Source of the DNA: the human T2T-CHM13v2.0 reference genome, Homo sapiens
NCBI RefSeq assembly: GCF_009914755.1
Contig: NC_060928.1
Direction: 5' to 3' (one strand)
DNA: 64,000 nucleotides
Below, in pieces: positions 38,401 to 51,953 of this stretch; the stretch's first letter is position 1; each line of letters starts with the position of its first letter. The notes below the pieces were generated by a model. The model had not been told where the DNA came from. It worked only from the letters and a program-made list of their open reading frames with translations, and did no database searches. Both the position numbers and the translations under genes were made by a program.

Positions 38401-38628
38401 ACTTATAAGTGGGAGCTAAACAATGGGTACACATAAACATACAGATGAGTATAACAGGCACTGGGGACTCCAAACATGGGGAGGGGTCAGGGAGTAAGAG
38501 TTGAAAAATTACCTATTGGGTACAATGTTCACTGTTTGGGTGATGGTACACTAAGAGCCCAGACTTCACCACAGGGCAATATATGCATGTAAGATACTTG
38601 CACCTGTATTTCCTAAATATAAATAAAA
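35429..38628 (+). mobile_element. L1PB sense segment (ORF2 remainder and 3'UTR)
   Basis: D(E)[51 protein letters not shown]; 3'UTR gttgaaaaattacctattgggtacaatgttcac..agcccagacttcacc is L1PB-like. Confidence 0.9.
36024..36316 (-). mobile_element. AluS inserted in L1 ORF2
   Basis: Full reverse Alu splits the L1 GMQG/WFNI motif. Confidence 0.92.
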
Positions 38629-38693
38629 TTATGTAAAGTACATGATGCTTTATAATGATAATAAACAACTGTCTTACTGGTTTATGTATTTAC
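38629..38693. mobile_element. Short MER47/Tigger5-like fragment
   Basis: ataatgataataaacaactgtcttactggtttatgtatttac resembles the recalled MER47A internal sequence. Confidence 0.45.
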
Positions 38694-38769
38694 AAAGCAA
38701 AAAGAATTTCAAAAGGGCTTGCTTTAAGGAAGTTAAATCACTGAATAAACTCTCTGCTTTTCCTTAAAA

Positions 38770-38990
38770 TTATATATATATATAAAATATATTGTAATAT
38801 ATATAATATATAATTATATATATACCTCTGATGGATATACATGCAAAAATCCTCAAAAAATACTAGGAAATTGCATCCAAAAGCACAATCAAGATACATA
38901 AATGTCATATATAATAGATAATGTCTTATATATATAAAATGTCTTACACATGTTTATGTAAAAGCACGTGTATATATATATATAAATGTC
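38770..38990. repeat. Degenerate (TA)n tract with an embedded L1 sliver
   Basis: Alternating TA runs; a similar tract lies at 34475-34546. Confidence 0.8.
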
Positions 38991-40239
38991 TTGTATGAGA
39001 GATTGGTTGTCAAGAATAAGCCCATGATTAGATACTTTATATTTATATTTTTATAATCAGTCAGATTGTTTAGTATATTCCATAAGCATGTTACCTAATA
39101 AAACAAATAATGTTTTTGTTACAAGAAAATACTTATTTCAAAGAGGTTCTCATCAGTCCTTTGACCACTGGATTAGTTATTGCAAGACAATGGGAAGAAT
39201 AGCAGTTGTACTTGTGAAAAAACAAAAGTAGCATTATCTGCTGCATTTTTGGTTGATTTCCACTAGATGGTAGTATTGAATTCAAGATTCAACCTGCTAT
39301 ATATTTTAATGCAGAAATTTGATAAATTACAGAAGACATTTGTATTGTGTTACTTTTACCGTCTATGTTAACATTTGAAACCATATTCAGACTATGTTTA
39401 TGCATGTTGGAATTTTTTTAAAAAATACAACTTCTGGAAATTTGAAAACTTCTTAAGAAGCTGGTGCAATATTAGATATATTGTATTGTAATTCATAGAA
39501 ATAATCTTTTATTATGAAACTTTTTAAAATAATTTTTGCATGTGTTTTAAATTCTGATCATAGTCATTTTCTTTTTCAGGCAAAATGTAGATTTCGTTTT
39601 TAGTCTGTGGAAAGAGTAAGAGAAAAATAACATGAAAATATATTTTTTTTCAAATGTTTCTGTCAGGAAAGATAGGCTCTTGAGCAGGTGTGTTTGTGTG
39701 TAAAAATAGACTATCTTCGAGTACATATTTTCACTTCAATTTCCATGAGGCATTATAAACAAAGACAAAAATTAAAAAAAAAAAAACACTTTTGCAATTA
39801 ATGAATGATGAGTACAATATGTAGCTAATTGCCCTGATTATGTTAGTGTGTTATTGCAGAATAATAATGAACTGAATGAACCTGTTTTCCTTTGCTGTAT
39901 TCCTAACCAGATGCACCCCTGGAAGATACATTAGGAGTTATCTAGTCCATCTCCATCATTGTACTAATGAAGAAACTGAGGACTGTGACTGCTTTTTAAA
40001 CTGTTCTAGAGAAAAAAAGGAAAGATGGGTTCCATTGACTCTGTTGAATACTCTCTGACTGATTTACAGATCTTTACCAAGTACTTGCTTGCAGAGAATA
40101 TCCAAAAGCAGGACCAGATCATGATACTCTTCAGGACAGTCCCTAATAGTTTTCATTAGAAAGGTATACAGTTAAAAAGTAGCGTAAAATGGTATTGACA
40201 CTGGAAAATACAAAAGTACCTTGAATTAAATTGTATGGT

Positions 40240-40440
40240 GAAAAGCACCAACCGTGGAATCAGGTAGAATTAAGTAATGAATTTCAGCTCTGTCACTTAC
40301 AATCTGTGTAACGTTGGGCACATTTCTGCACCTCTCTGCCATTAAATCTTCTCATTTACAAAATGGAGTTAAAAATACCTACCACGTGAAATTATAGGAT
40401 ATCCTAAATGGAATAACTTAGTAAGCTCTCAAGAAATCGT
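40240..40440 (+). mobile_element. MIR SINE
   Basis: aatttcagctctgtcacttac..ctgtgtaacgttgggcac..acctctctg..tctcatttacaaaatgga. Confidence 0.75.
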
Positions 40441-42442
40441 TCTCCCCTTGCCTCATTAAGAAATCATTTTTAAAATGGGAACTACGTTAAAGCCCAATTT
40501 AAGGCATAGATCAGCAATGTTTGATGGCATGGATCTGTCTATTTTGGGGCTAAATTGTGTTCTGACCCTCCAAATGATCAATTCTAATTAATTCCTTGGT
40601 TGTAGATTTGTAAAGCCCGTTTAGTTGATTGCACAGACGTGGCCAGAGTCAAGGTACAGGAACCCACAGACTATAGAAATCAACGATAACATGTAGAAAA
40701 ATCACAGGCAACAGAAATGCACTATTTTTAGAGATTGTATAACTGCTCTAGGGTGAAGCTATCTTGATTGGACTCAGCATAGTGCAACAGAACAGAATTA
40801 CACAAGATGCCCCTTTCCATTACACCCCATTATTCCTCTGTTTTTGAGGATTTATGCTAACATTGTTCTGTTACAGATTGTAAACATTGATGTATTCTGA
40901 AACTGTTAACTGTAAGCATTTATGCTTGCATTGTTTTCTGTTCATTTCTCTTGTATTCCAGCAGATGTCAGTCATTCTCTTTAAATAATCTCCATTTATT
41001 CTCACCTGCCTATGACCAGCTGAAGGGAAATCACCTTTAGTTATGTCAAAGTGACATGTTTGTTGAACTGTAACAATAATAATGCTCCCTATTAACCTAT
41101 CAGGGACTTGAGCCATTTTGCATTCAAACAATGATGAATTTTTATTTTCTTATTTAATTATTTAAAAAATCTCCATCTCAGTTTCCAAAATGTGTAACTA
41201 GAAAATAAATGAGAAGCCAGAGAAGACATGCAGAGAATTTAAATTTGCACTTGTGGTAAAATAATCTGCACTTGCGTAGGAGAAGACAAATCACTCCTTG
41301 ATGTCAATGTACGGTTATGATTTTACTCATACTTTAGAATTTTAAAATGTCATGTAGTGTGATATATATTCATGCAGATGTGGGTGAAACAATGTGCTTT
41401 TTAATCATTCCTGCTACAATCACAAACAATCATTATGTCTAGCCATTGATCCTAGCACAGGGCTTGTCAGGTAAGGGCAGATTTTATAAAACCTGGGTAA
41501 AACAAGCTTAATTTGCGTAAATTGAGTTTTTTTCTAAAAGTGAGAGGGTACCTTTTTAAAGAAAATGTAGTAAATGCAAAAGTCAATGAATCCTTGGATG
41601 TTTCTCAAACTATCTTTGTGTTTTAAATCTACTTTCTCATTTTAATAGGAATTAATCATTTATCCTCAAGGAATATGTTCCTTAAAAGGGAAGAATATTA
41701 CCAGTTTTTCTCAACAAATCTCGAATTCATTGTGGGGAAACTGATGATGTCTCTTCATTTGTTTTGTGATTCTTGTATTTTAAATCAGTTCATTGAAACA
41801 GCCTGGCTGAGTGCTGTATTTAAGTATAGAAATTTCTGCTCATATCTGGTGGCTCTTGCTGAAGGAGGGACATGGAGCTAGAATGCTTGTCAGGGATCCC
41901 ACCTTAACCTGCTCCTGCCCCTTAGATAGATCCTCATTGTCTACAGGCCATTTGCAACCAGGCGAAATAAAAATTACCATGTTTCTCTTTATTTTATTTA
42001 TTGAAGATTTTTGACTTTGTATATAATTTACATAGCTTTTAAATACAAAAGCTAGTTTTAAGGAATGTATATTAAACAGTGGTTATTTGCCAGGACAAAA
42101 GATACCATACTAGAGAAAAGCTAGGAAAAGAAGAAACATAGTTTCATACTAAACAACTATTTAATAATTTTAAGAAAAACAGTACAGTTTAATATTTGAG
42201 AAGGGAAATATGCTATCATTCTGAAAATCTTGTATGCAGAAAACTCTTAGTTTTCTAACCTAATGGTAGTTTCTATACTAGATTTAAAACTTTTTGTACT
42301 AGGCCTTTTCCTCAAAAACTTCTGTAAAACCTTAAATGTTTTATTATCAATGCATATATAGGAATGCATATATAGGAATTTACAAAGTAAAAGAAGAGAG
42401 CAATACTCATGTCTGTCATTGATTCACACATTGTCCCCTTTA

Positions 42443-42794
<352 letters not shown>

Positions 42795-44555
42795 TCAAAT
42801 GATAACAGAAAGGAAGAGGCAAGAGAAGGATTTTACAAATACAAATAGTAATGATGGTCCAGGGACATGATGGAAATCGCAGGATGAAGCAGAGAAGGGA
42901 GCTCTGTGTGTTCCCTGGGTGGAGATTGTACTAATGAGCTGCTCACATTTGAGAAACACAGATTGATGAGCTTCTCTGGCAATTGCTATGCAGCAATATT
43001 CCCATAAGAAGTCACAGTAGTTATCACAGTATCAGAGCACCGTAAAATAAACACATTGCTTTTTCCATGAACTTGAATATTTAATGTTAGAGATGAGTAC
43101 AATGGAGGCAAATAAATCCTCTCCTCATTTCCTCACATCCCTACTTTTAAAGATTGTCAGGTATTCAATCTCTATCATAGTTGTTTGAGACTTTAGGTCC
43201 CTATAGTTTATCATTTTCCAGTAATGTTTTTGAAATGCAATAATTTAAAGATCTCTCGACTCTTGGATTTACATTACAAATGCTGGTGATACAAAAATTT
43301 CATTTAAATTAGTCTAGACCATGAAGTATGGACTTTTAGCATATTATATTGTAAATTTGAAATTGAAACACTGTCATGATCTTTTTTTAAAGAATTTAAA
43401 ACTAGTATTTAAATATTATAAGTTTTTCTCTTAGAAATGTTTTACAATTGTAGTTTATAGTTCTGAGGACTGAGAGTGTAGGAGATTTGCTTAAAACAAG
43501 AATGGAGATCAGAGCTAGGGTGTCTACTATATTCAACATTTTTCAAAATTCGCTCTGCCACCTGTCAAGAGCTGAGCTGAGCTGGAGAGAGCTGAGACGC
43601 CCGTGGTGGAGTGGTCAATTAAGACAACAAGCCAAAGTGAAAGTAACAGCCAATCCTTTAATGACTTTCTAAGGTAGTAGAATAGGCAAGAGGAAAAAGC
43701 TTAACCATTTTAATGTTCCTTTTTTCTCCACAGAAGGGCACTGGGTGAAGGTCCAATGTATCAGTGCACACGGGGGAGTGGGGCGGGGAATTATCTCACC
43801 ACCTACGTACGGGAGCCCGAACAAAAGGCTCTGGCCATTTTATGGACCCACGGGTGGGGATGGGGGTGAGCTGGAGAGGGGAGGACTAGGTGTGGGAAAC
43901 AGTGAATATTGAGTCAGAGAGAAAAAAGAGGCTTCAAGTGTCCTCCCCAGTGAGGAGGCCTCCGCAGAATGACCCGATGAAGAGACCTCCTCTCTCTGAA
44001 TGCAGGGAGGGCTAGAGATGCAGATATGCATAAGCGCATGGTGCTGAGGATGGAGTGACTGAGCCCTTGACTGCAGCTCCCTTCAGAGACTGCAGTTTAC
44101 TGGCTGCACACAGTCTGGTGTGGGGAGGACAATTTTTCCCTGTGAAGCCTGCCAGGTAAATCCTTTGCAATTGTCTGTGGTAGGGTTTGAAAGATGATTA
44201 TAGGTTTTTGGCTAGGAGCTGGACTCCTCACCACTGTCTCATTTCAGGCCTCCATCACCTCATTTTGGGATTATTAGAGGTGCTTTTATCCATTCTCTCC
44301 ACTTCTCTGAAGTTTTTTTCCAGCATGATCCATCATGCTCTTGATTGCCAGATTGCTTGCTTCTAAATCACTAGATCACTAAATCACTGTATCGTTCCTC
44401 TACTTTGGAATCTAGTATGTATTATTTTTATACCAAACTCGAGCCACTCAGGTGAGCATGTAAGGCCTTTGTTTGATGGGCTTCAGTTTATTTATCCATA
44501 TTTTACTACTTCTTACAAAGTTTTCTCAGATTTTCCTAAGCCAATGATGCTCAAT

Positions 44556-44772
44556 CAAGCTTGTACAACCCAAGGCCCATGGCCACATGAGGCCCAGGGT
44601 GGCTTTGAATGTGGCTCAACACAAATTTGTAAACTTTCTTAAAACATTATGAGATTTTTTTGCCGTTTTGTTTTTTAGATCATCAGCTATCGTTAGTGTA
44701 TTTTATGTTGGCCCAAGACAATTTTTCTTCTTCCAGTGTGGAATACAGAAACCAAAAGATTGGACCCCCGTG
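44556..44772 (-). mobile_element. MER30 (hAT-Charlie MITE)
   Basis: CAAGCTTGTACAACC...GGCTTTGAATGTGGCTCAACACAAATTTGTAAACTTTCTTAAAACATTATGAG...CCAAAAGATTGGAC. Confidence 0.85.
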
Positions 44773-47768
44773 CTCTATATCTTTTGTACATGACAGTTCC
44801 TTCTCAGCTCCAGCCTTTCATACTGTTCTTAGAACATCTTTGACTGTCAACTCCACCTATCAAGCTATTCTTTTTCTTTTCAAACTCAGCTAAAGATATC
44901 GTCTCTGTGCAGCCACTGCCCTGCCCCTCACACTGATTCTTTTTGCTGTTGTTCTTGCTGGTTCATGAATTCTTCAGCTGCTATTTCATTGCTTTTGTCT
45001 GTCACACTACTAAAATATAAATACTTGTTCAACAAACAACTTCGAATTATTCTCTAGTTATTTATTTTTTCTTAAAAAAAGGGTTCAATTGTATCCCCAT
45101 CTAATTTTTAGGTATTAATCCTTCTTCATCAGGTATTATATTCTGCACTTCCTAGGTGGCAGGCAGAATACTTGGTATTTTCATTTATGTCATATAATTT
45201 AATTTTCACAAAGGCTCGTGAGTCATGCAATATTTATCATGAGGTATACAAGATAAAAATGAATCTCAGAAAGTTGGAGTAATTTTGTCATGCATAAAAG
45301 ACCAGTACACTGGCAGTTGTGAGATCTTTCTTGCGCCAATGTCCATGCTTATTTTCTTCTACAAGATGCTGCCATTATACTGGAAACACAATAGTGACAG
45401 GGTCAATGAATGAGACTCAATGCTAGTTTATGTTTATATGTTCTCTACCTCAAGAAAAAGTGTATCTATTCAGCATCATTAGTAAAGTTATTAACTCTAA
45501 GTTTTTGTTGTTAAAAAAATTGATTCTGGACGAAGGTGTTATTAGCATTAAAGGCAGGGAGTCAGAGACACAGGCCTTTTATTTGGAATCTTGAGATTTC
45601 ATCTAAGAAATCTTGCCCTTTTGATGTGACCTGGTTGAGATGCCACAACCCTTGAGTGTTGGCCTCCTCATTTGGCAGATGAGATTATCAGATTGCTGAT
45701 TTCTGAAGTCCATGTTGGCAATAGTGGGGGCTGGATTCTATGCCTTTTTTTAATTACTGCACTCCGAGTTTGTTTTCTACAATGTACTCAGTTCTTCCTC
45801 CCCAATATAAACTGTATATAGCTACTTCCCATCATGATGTCCTCCTTCTGTTAGAGACAACTAGAATATGACACTTTTTCTCTGTTTTCCATCATATGGT
45901 TTAAAGTGCCATGTCTTTGCCTCTGAATTTGTTTTAAAAGGAGACATTACAGTATTAGTATCTTTATTTAAAAAAAATCTAACCTGAGCATCATTATTTA
46001 TTGGTCAGTCTTCAAGTCATAGCTGTCATAATGTATGGAGTCAAATAAACAAATTTCCATCTCTTCAGGTCCTGGACATATTTTTAAATATATTAATGCT
46101 ATTATTACCATTGTTATTTAAAATGTGTTAAAACATTATCTTCATAGCAGATATCATACACAAATACTCAAGAACATACCTTCAGTAGAGGTAGAAATTA
46201 GAACAAAGTTATAGCCCTCTTTCCCCAGCCCGACAAGAAGGGGAAAAAGAAATAGAAATTTACCAATTATGTTATGATGCAAGGAATACAATTCTGTCCT
46301 AGAATGTGAGTTGTGTATGAACTTCAAAGTATGCACTAGTGAAAGTCAAAGCCAAATTAGTGAATTCATTTTATTATATTTCCCACTATTTGTTGAATGT
46401 ATATTTTAAAACATTGATTTTTTTCCGTGACTGTTTTTTAGTCCTGAGAAAGGGAAATGATGCAGGAGGAGATGGTGAGAAAAGTTAAAAGAAACAATGG
46501 GTTGAGTCACAGTGCAAGGCTCTGTTTCATAGATTCCCATGTACAGCAAAAATGCTTGTAGAGGGAGATGAGAGGGAAAAAAGCCCAAGCTGTTTTCAAA
46601 AATACTGTAGTAGCCAAGAAGAACGTTTGAATTTTAAAAAGCAAAATGAATGTCCACGTCATTACATACTGCCCCATTTCCTTGAATTATGGCCGTGTGA
46701 AATTGATTTCTGTGTAGATTGGATTCACTGGCAGTTTCCTTTCCTACAAAGTCCCACAGTTCCCTTTCCTTTCCTTTCCTTTCCTTAAAAAGCAAAGGTA
46801 CCTCTTGGATTTACTATAACTCACAATGTCCATCCTAATAACGGGAACCAGTCTGACACGGCGTTTGATTTGCTGAACTTAGGTGGGCTTCTGAGACCTC
46901 CCCACTTTCTTCTCTGACGTGCACATTTCTGATAAGAGAGGCAGCCACTGCTTTAAAACAATGTAGCCTGAGTTTACACTGGCAGGTGGCTTTTCCTCAC
47001 TGCTTTGGAAACACAGCTGCACATTCTGTTTACAAGGGTTTTCCACCATCAAGTCTCTGAAATTTTAATCTGGCTAACAAGCATTTTTACTGATGATAAA
47101 GTGAAAACTTCCCTCTGCTATAAAATGAAAAGAGGCTTTCTTCTTGGGAATCTAGATTTTGACAAGCATATTTCTTTTTTTCTATTGCTAACCTTCTCTC
47201 CTTTTTGCATGTGGATCTCGTTAGGAAAAATCATAACATTGGAGACATTTATTTTCTGATAAATATCGTAACCGTCATGCTAAAAAGTAGAGGTTTTTAA
47301 AAATAATCTCATGTTAGTCGTTTGTTGGTGATTACGGAGACTTACAAGCAAGGCTGCCTATCCACATTGGTTAAATCTACCATCAAGAAGGAAACAGATG
47401 TACCCAGGCATTTTCTCATTAATATGTTGATGCTTTCTTACTAAACTCCTTAATTCTTTCTAGGAAAAGAGAGAAATGACTGTGGTTTTAACCATAAGCA
47501 TATCATCGTTTGCAAACCTGCCACTAACCTTAGCAGGATCTGGAGCAAAAGTACAAATGTAAACCCCATAATATTTGGCTAAATATCTAGCAATTATAAA
47601 TCAAGCTAACAGAAAGTTTAAAAAATCTGTCCTATTTTCCTATCTTAACACATTTCTTTTCATGATGACTTGGAAGTATAGGTCTGAATTCAAACTTCCT
47701 GGACCATTCCAAGTCCTGAGCTGGGATGTGCTGGTAGACTTGGAGCTGGCTTCAGGCATATGACTTGA

Positions 47769-48245
<477 letters not shown>

Positions 48246-50167
48246 TAAGAGTGCAGACACCTACGCATACTCACCTTTGGAGGGAAGAGTCCAAAACAAT
48301 CCTGGAAACAGGCTTAGAGCTATGTGGGCAGGGAGTTGGGGGACTGGTATATCGATAGCAAAGTCTTGAAGGGTTAGTGTGGGCTCCATGTGGGGAGGGG
48401 ATAATGTCTCCTTGGTCATATGAGCTCCTCAGTTCTTGTGAAGACATGGCCAGGGAAACACAGGGCCAGGACAGGGTACTAGTTACTTGAATCCTTGTTA
48501 CTTGTATCACAGTCTGTGTTGAGAATAGTTGGGAATATACAAAAACAAAGTAACAGTCATAAGGTAAGGGTGCTGCTTAAATTACCTTTAATTTGGGAAT
48601 CTAAATGAAATAGACATAATAAATGGCTACACAAATGATGTTATTTAGGAGCAAGATATCCTGTCCCAAATATCAATTCCATCTGCAGGCCATATTCAGA
48701 TTTCAAATTAATTACTGCTTTTGAGGCTCTGGCAAACAAAGTAGAGAATTTTTTTAGATATTGCCTCTATATCCTTAATAACAAGTTAATTCTTCCTCAG
48801 CACACAATTATGGGGCATCTGTATTGTACCAGGCATCATGCTGGGTGCTGGGCAGTTCACCAAAGAGATAAAAGAGAACAGATCCCATTCTCAAGGTGCT
48901 CCATATTTAAGGACATAATTTGATGGCTTATGGTAAGTGCTAATAAAGAAACATTTAAGACACTTTGGTATCTGAAAGAATTGAACAAATTTCTGGATGC
49001 AGGATAATGCAATGGTTAAGTGGATGGGCTTCGTATTCAGAGATCTCTGTTTAATTCCCAATTCTACCACTTACTAGTTTCAGTTACTTAATCATAAGCC
49101 TTAATTTATTTTATCTGGGAAGCAGATTGTATTGAGAAAACACATATGTTAGTGTAGGCCTTACTATGTGCAAGCTCTTTGGATGTAATGACAACAACAT
49201 CATGAGGAACTATTATTAGCTCCACTGTACGGAGGGAACTGAAAGCACAGGGAGATTACTTAAAGTACTGAAAGTACCTTACTCATAGGGAATAATGGAA
49301 CTAAGATGACAACCCAAGTAGTTTGACTCCAGCATCTCTAATTTTAACCACTATTCTTTACTTCCTTCTAAGGAAAAGTACATTTCCTGACACCTAGTAA
49401 GAGCACATTACACCATTATTATAACTATTGTTAGTGACTATACCTTGATAAAGGCAAGGCAAGCAGGTAAGGAAAGGCTTCACATCAGCAGTAATTAAGT
49501 TGTGCTTGAAGGAGGCATGGGAAGACCAAGCCATTTCAGGCAGAAGAAGCTATATATAAAGGTCAAAAGAGAAGGTGATATTGACGGGATACTGGGACTA
49601 GAGTGGATATTAGGAAGTCGTGGCAAATGGGGCCAAACCCTGGAGGGCCATATATACCAAACTAAGGAATCTGGTATTTATTTATTGGGTAAAGGATGAA
49701 AGAGTGGGTAGATGGCCAAATTTTAACGAAGAGAATATTGTTAGGTGACTTTCTACTAATCTGATAATTTGTCATTAATAAAGGAAGATAACTTTAATGA
49801 TCTGCAACTCATGAATATGGGAACCAGTTAATTCTAAAGACTGAGAGTGGTGTTTGCAGCCTAGAAACCACCTTCCACGTGTGGGGAAACAAAAAAAGGC
49901 TTCAGCTGATAGGCTGATTGCATCTTCTTTGATCCAGTAACTATAAAGAAAATGTACCTTGCATTTGCTGCTATAGTATTATCTCCTTAACGCAAAGCTT
50001 CTTCGCTTTGGAACCCCCACACTCAAATGTTATTGAAAGGATGAACTGCTATGTTTGTTTCTGTTTGGACTTTTATCTTTTCCCATTTTGAAATACATTA
50101 AAAATACATTCCGTATAACATTTAAATGGACTTGCTGTAGGTGCAGGTTCTTAAGAATGCAATTCTT

Positions 50168-50168
50168 T

Positions 50169-50199
<31 letters not shown>

Positions 50200-50501
50200 T
50201 TTGTTTGTTTATGTATTTATTTTTTTATTATACTTTTAGGGTACATGTGTACATTGTGCAGGTTAGTTACATATGTATACATGTGCCATGCTGGTGTGCT
50301 GCACCCACTAACTCGTCATCTAGCATTAGGTATATCTCCCAATGCTATCCCTCCCCGCTCCACAACAGTCCCCAGAGTGTGATATTCCCCTTCCTGTGTC
50401 CATGTGATCTCATTGTTCAATTCCCAACTATGAGTGAGAATATGCGGTGTTTGGTTTTTTGTTCTTGCGATAGTTTACTGAGAATGATGATTTCCAATTT
50501 C
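50168..50501 (-). mobile_element. 5'-truncated young L1 (L1PA2-like) with (TAAA)n tail
   Basis: Near-L1HS 3'UTR, but GAG rather than ACA/ACG at the Ta-diagnostic site (plus-strand CTC at 50312-50314); possible TSD ATTCTT at 50162-50167 and 50502-50507. Confidence 0.9.
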
Positions 50502-51432
50502 ATTCTTGATATAACATCGTCAAATATTTTTGAGGGTACTATAAGTGCAAGTTAGTGTACTAAGTATTGAGGGGGGAGGATATAAAGATAAAAGGCTAAG
50601 TTAATTAGCCATGTCATGTAATTATGCAATTTTTACAATTCAAATGAGTCCTGTGTACTCTGTCCTTATTTTCTGCTTAGCTCTGACTCATTCTTATTTT
50701 AATGATCCTGAAAAATAGCTTCCCAGTCTTTCCAAATATCTATTACCTCCCCCATCTCCCACGTCTAATGTAAAGCTAAATTGTTTATTTAACAATTGTG
50801 ACTGAATTCAATGGATTTGTATAACTGTGTAAAGCTGGTCCAACTATTTCCCTAGGGGCATGTATCACAACATGAACTTTTTGGCAGAGTCTGTGTAGTG
50901 CTACTGTTTTTCAAGACCGTGTTTTGATTTTTAGAATACTCTAGTTCAAAATTGAACTGAAAGGTTCCAAATTGGAAGTCAAAATTTATGTGCTTCAAAT
51001 AGTAAACATATGTAACTCTAATATGTATGAACACTATGTGTTTGCATGTGTGACAGTGATAGTGAGAGAAAAATACTGGAGAGAAAATTTTGGAGAGAAA
51101 ATGATTGGTTCAGCGATTTTGACTGAATTGGCTTATAAAACCAATTCACTCCCTCTCTCACCAAAGAATGAGTGAGTTTTTGAGACTCAGTTCCTGTCTC
51201 TCATCTTCTTTGACACCTCCCCTGAATGCTTATCTTACGGTCCTACCATTTTATATTGAGTCAGTAAACAGCAATGACTGATTATTCTTCATAAAGTCCA
51301 TTATTTCTTTGAATTAATTTTATTGGCTAATTATTATAGTGTGCATAGTTACAGTATATTTGTGTATTTTATACTAAAAGTAAAGACAATGAAAGCCCTA
51401 TTATAAGCATCCTACACATCTATATTCTGGTA

Positions 51433-51953
51433 TAGGGATACCCAACCCCTGGGCCAGGGACCAGTCCACGGCCTATTAGGAACTGGGCCACAGAGCAGGA
51501 GGTGAGTGGCAGGTGAGCGAGGGAAGCTTCATCTGTATTTACACCTGCTCTCCACTGCTTGCATTCCCACCTGAGCTCCGCCTCCTGTCAGATTGGCACT
51601 GGCGTTAGATTTTCATAGGCATGCACACCCTATTGTGACCTGCGCATGTGAAGGATCTAGGTTGTATGCCCCTTATGAGAATCTAATGCCTGATGATCTG
51701 TCATTGTCTCCCATCACCCCCAGATGGGACCGTCTAGTTGCTGGAAAACAAACCCAGGCCTTCTACTGATTCGACATTGTGGTGAGCTATATAATTATTT
51801 CATTATATATTATAATGTAATAATAATATAAATAAAGTGCACAATAAATGTAACGCGCTTGAATCATCTCGAAACCATCCGCCATCACTGGTCTATGGAA
51901 AAATTATCTACCATGAAACTGGCCCCTGGTGTCAAAAAGGTTGCGGACCACTG
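51433..51953 (+). mobile_element. MER1A (hAT-Charlie)
   Basis: 521 bp with TIR-like ends; perfect 8-bp TSD TTCTGGTA at 51425-51432 and 51954-51961; MER1 body (gagctccgcctcctgtcagat, ccttatgagaatctaatgcctgatgatctg). Confidence 0.92.

Noticed and set aside
41006-41067. Possible 62-nt minus-strand exon (good donor CAG|GTGAGA)
   Set aside because: Weak polypyrimidine tract, unrecognised peptide, and no partner exons.
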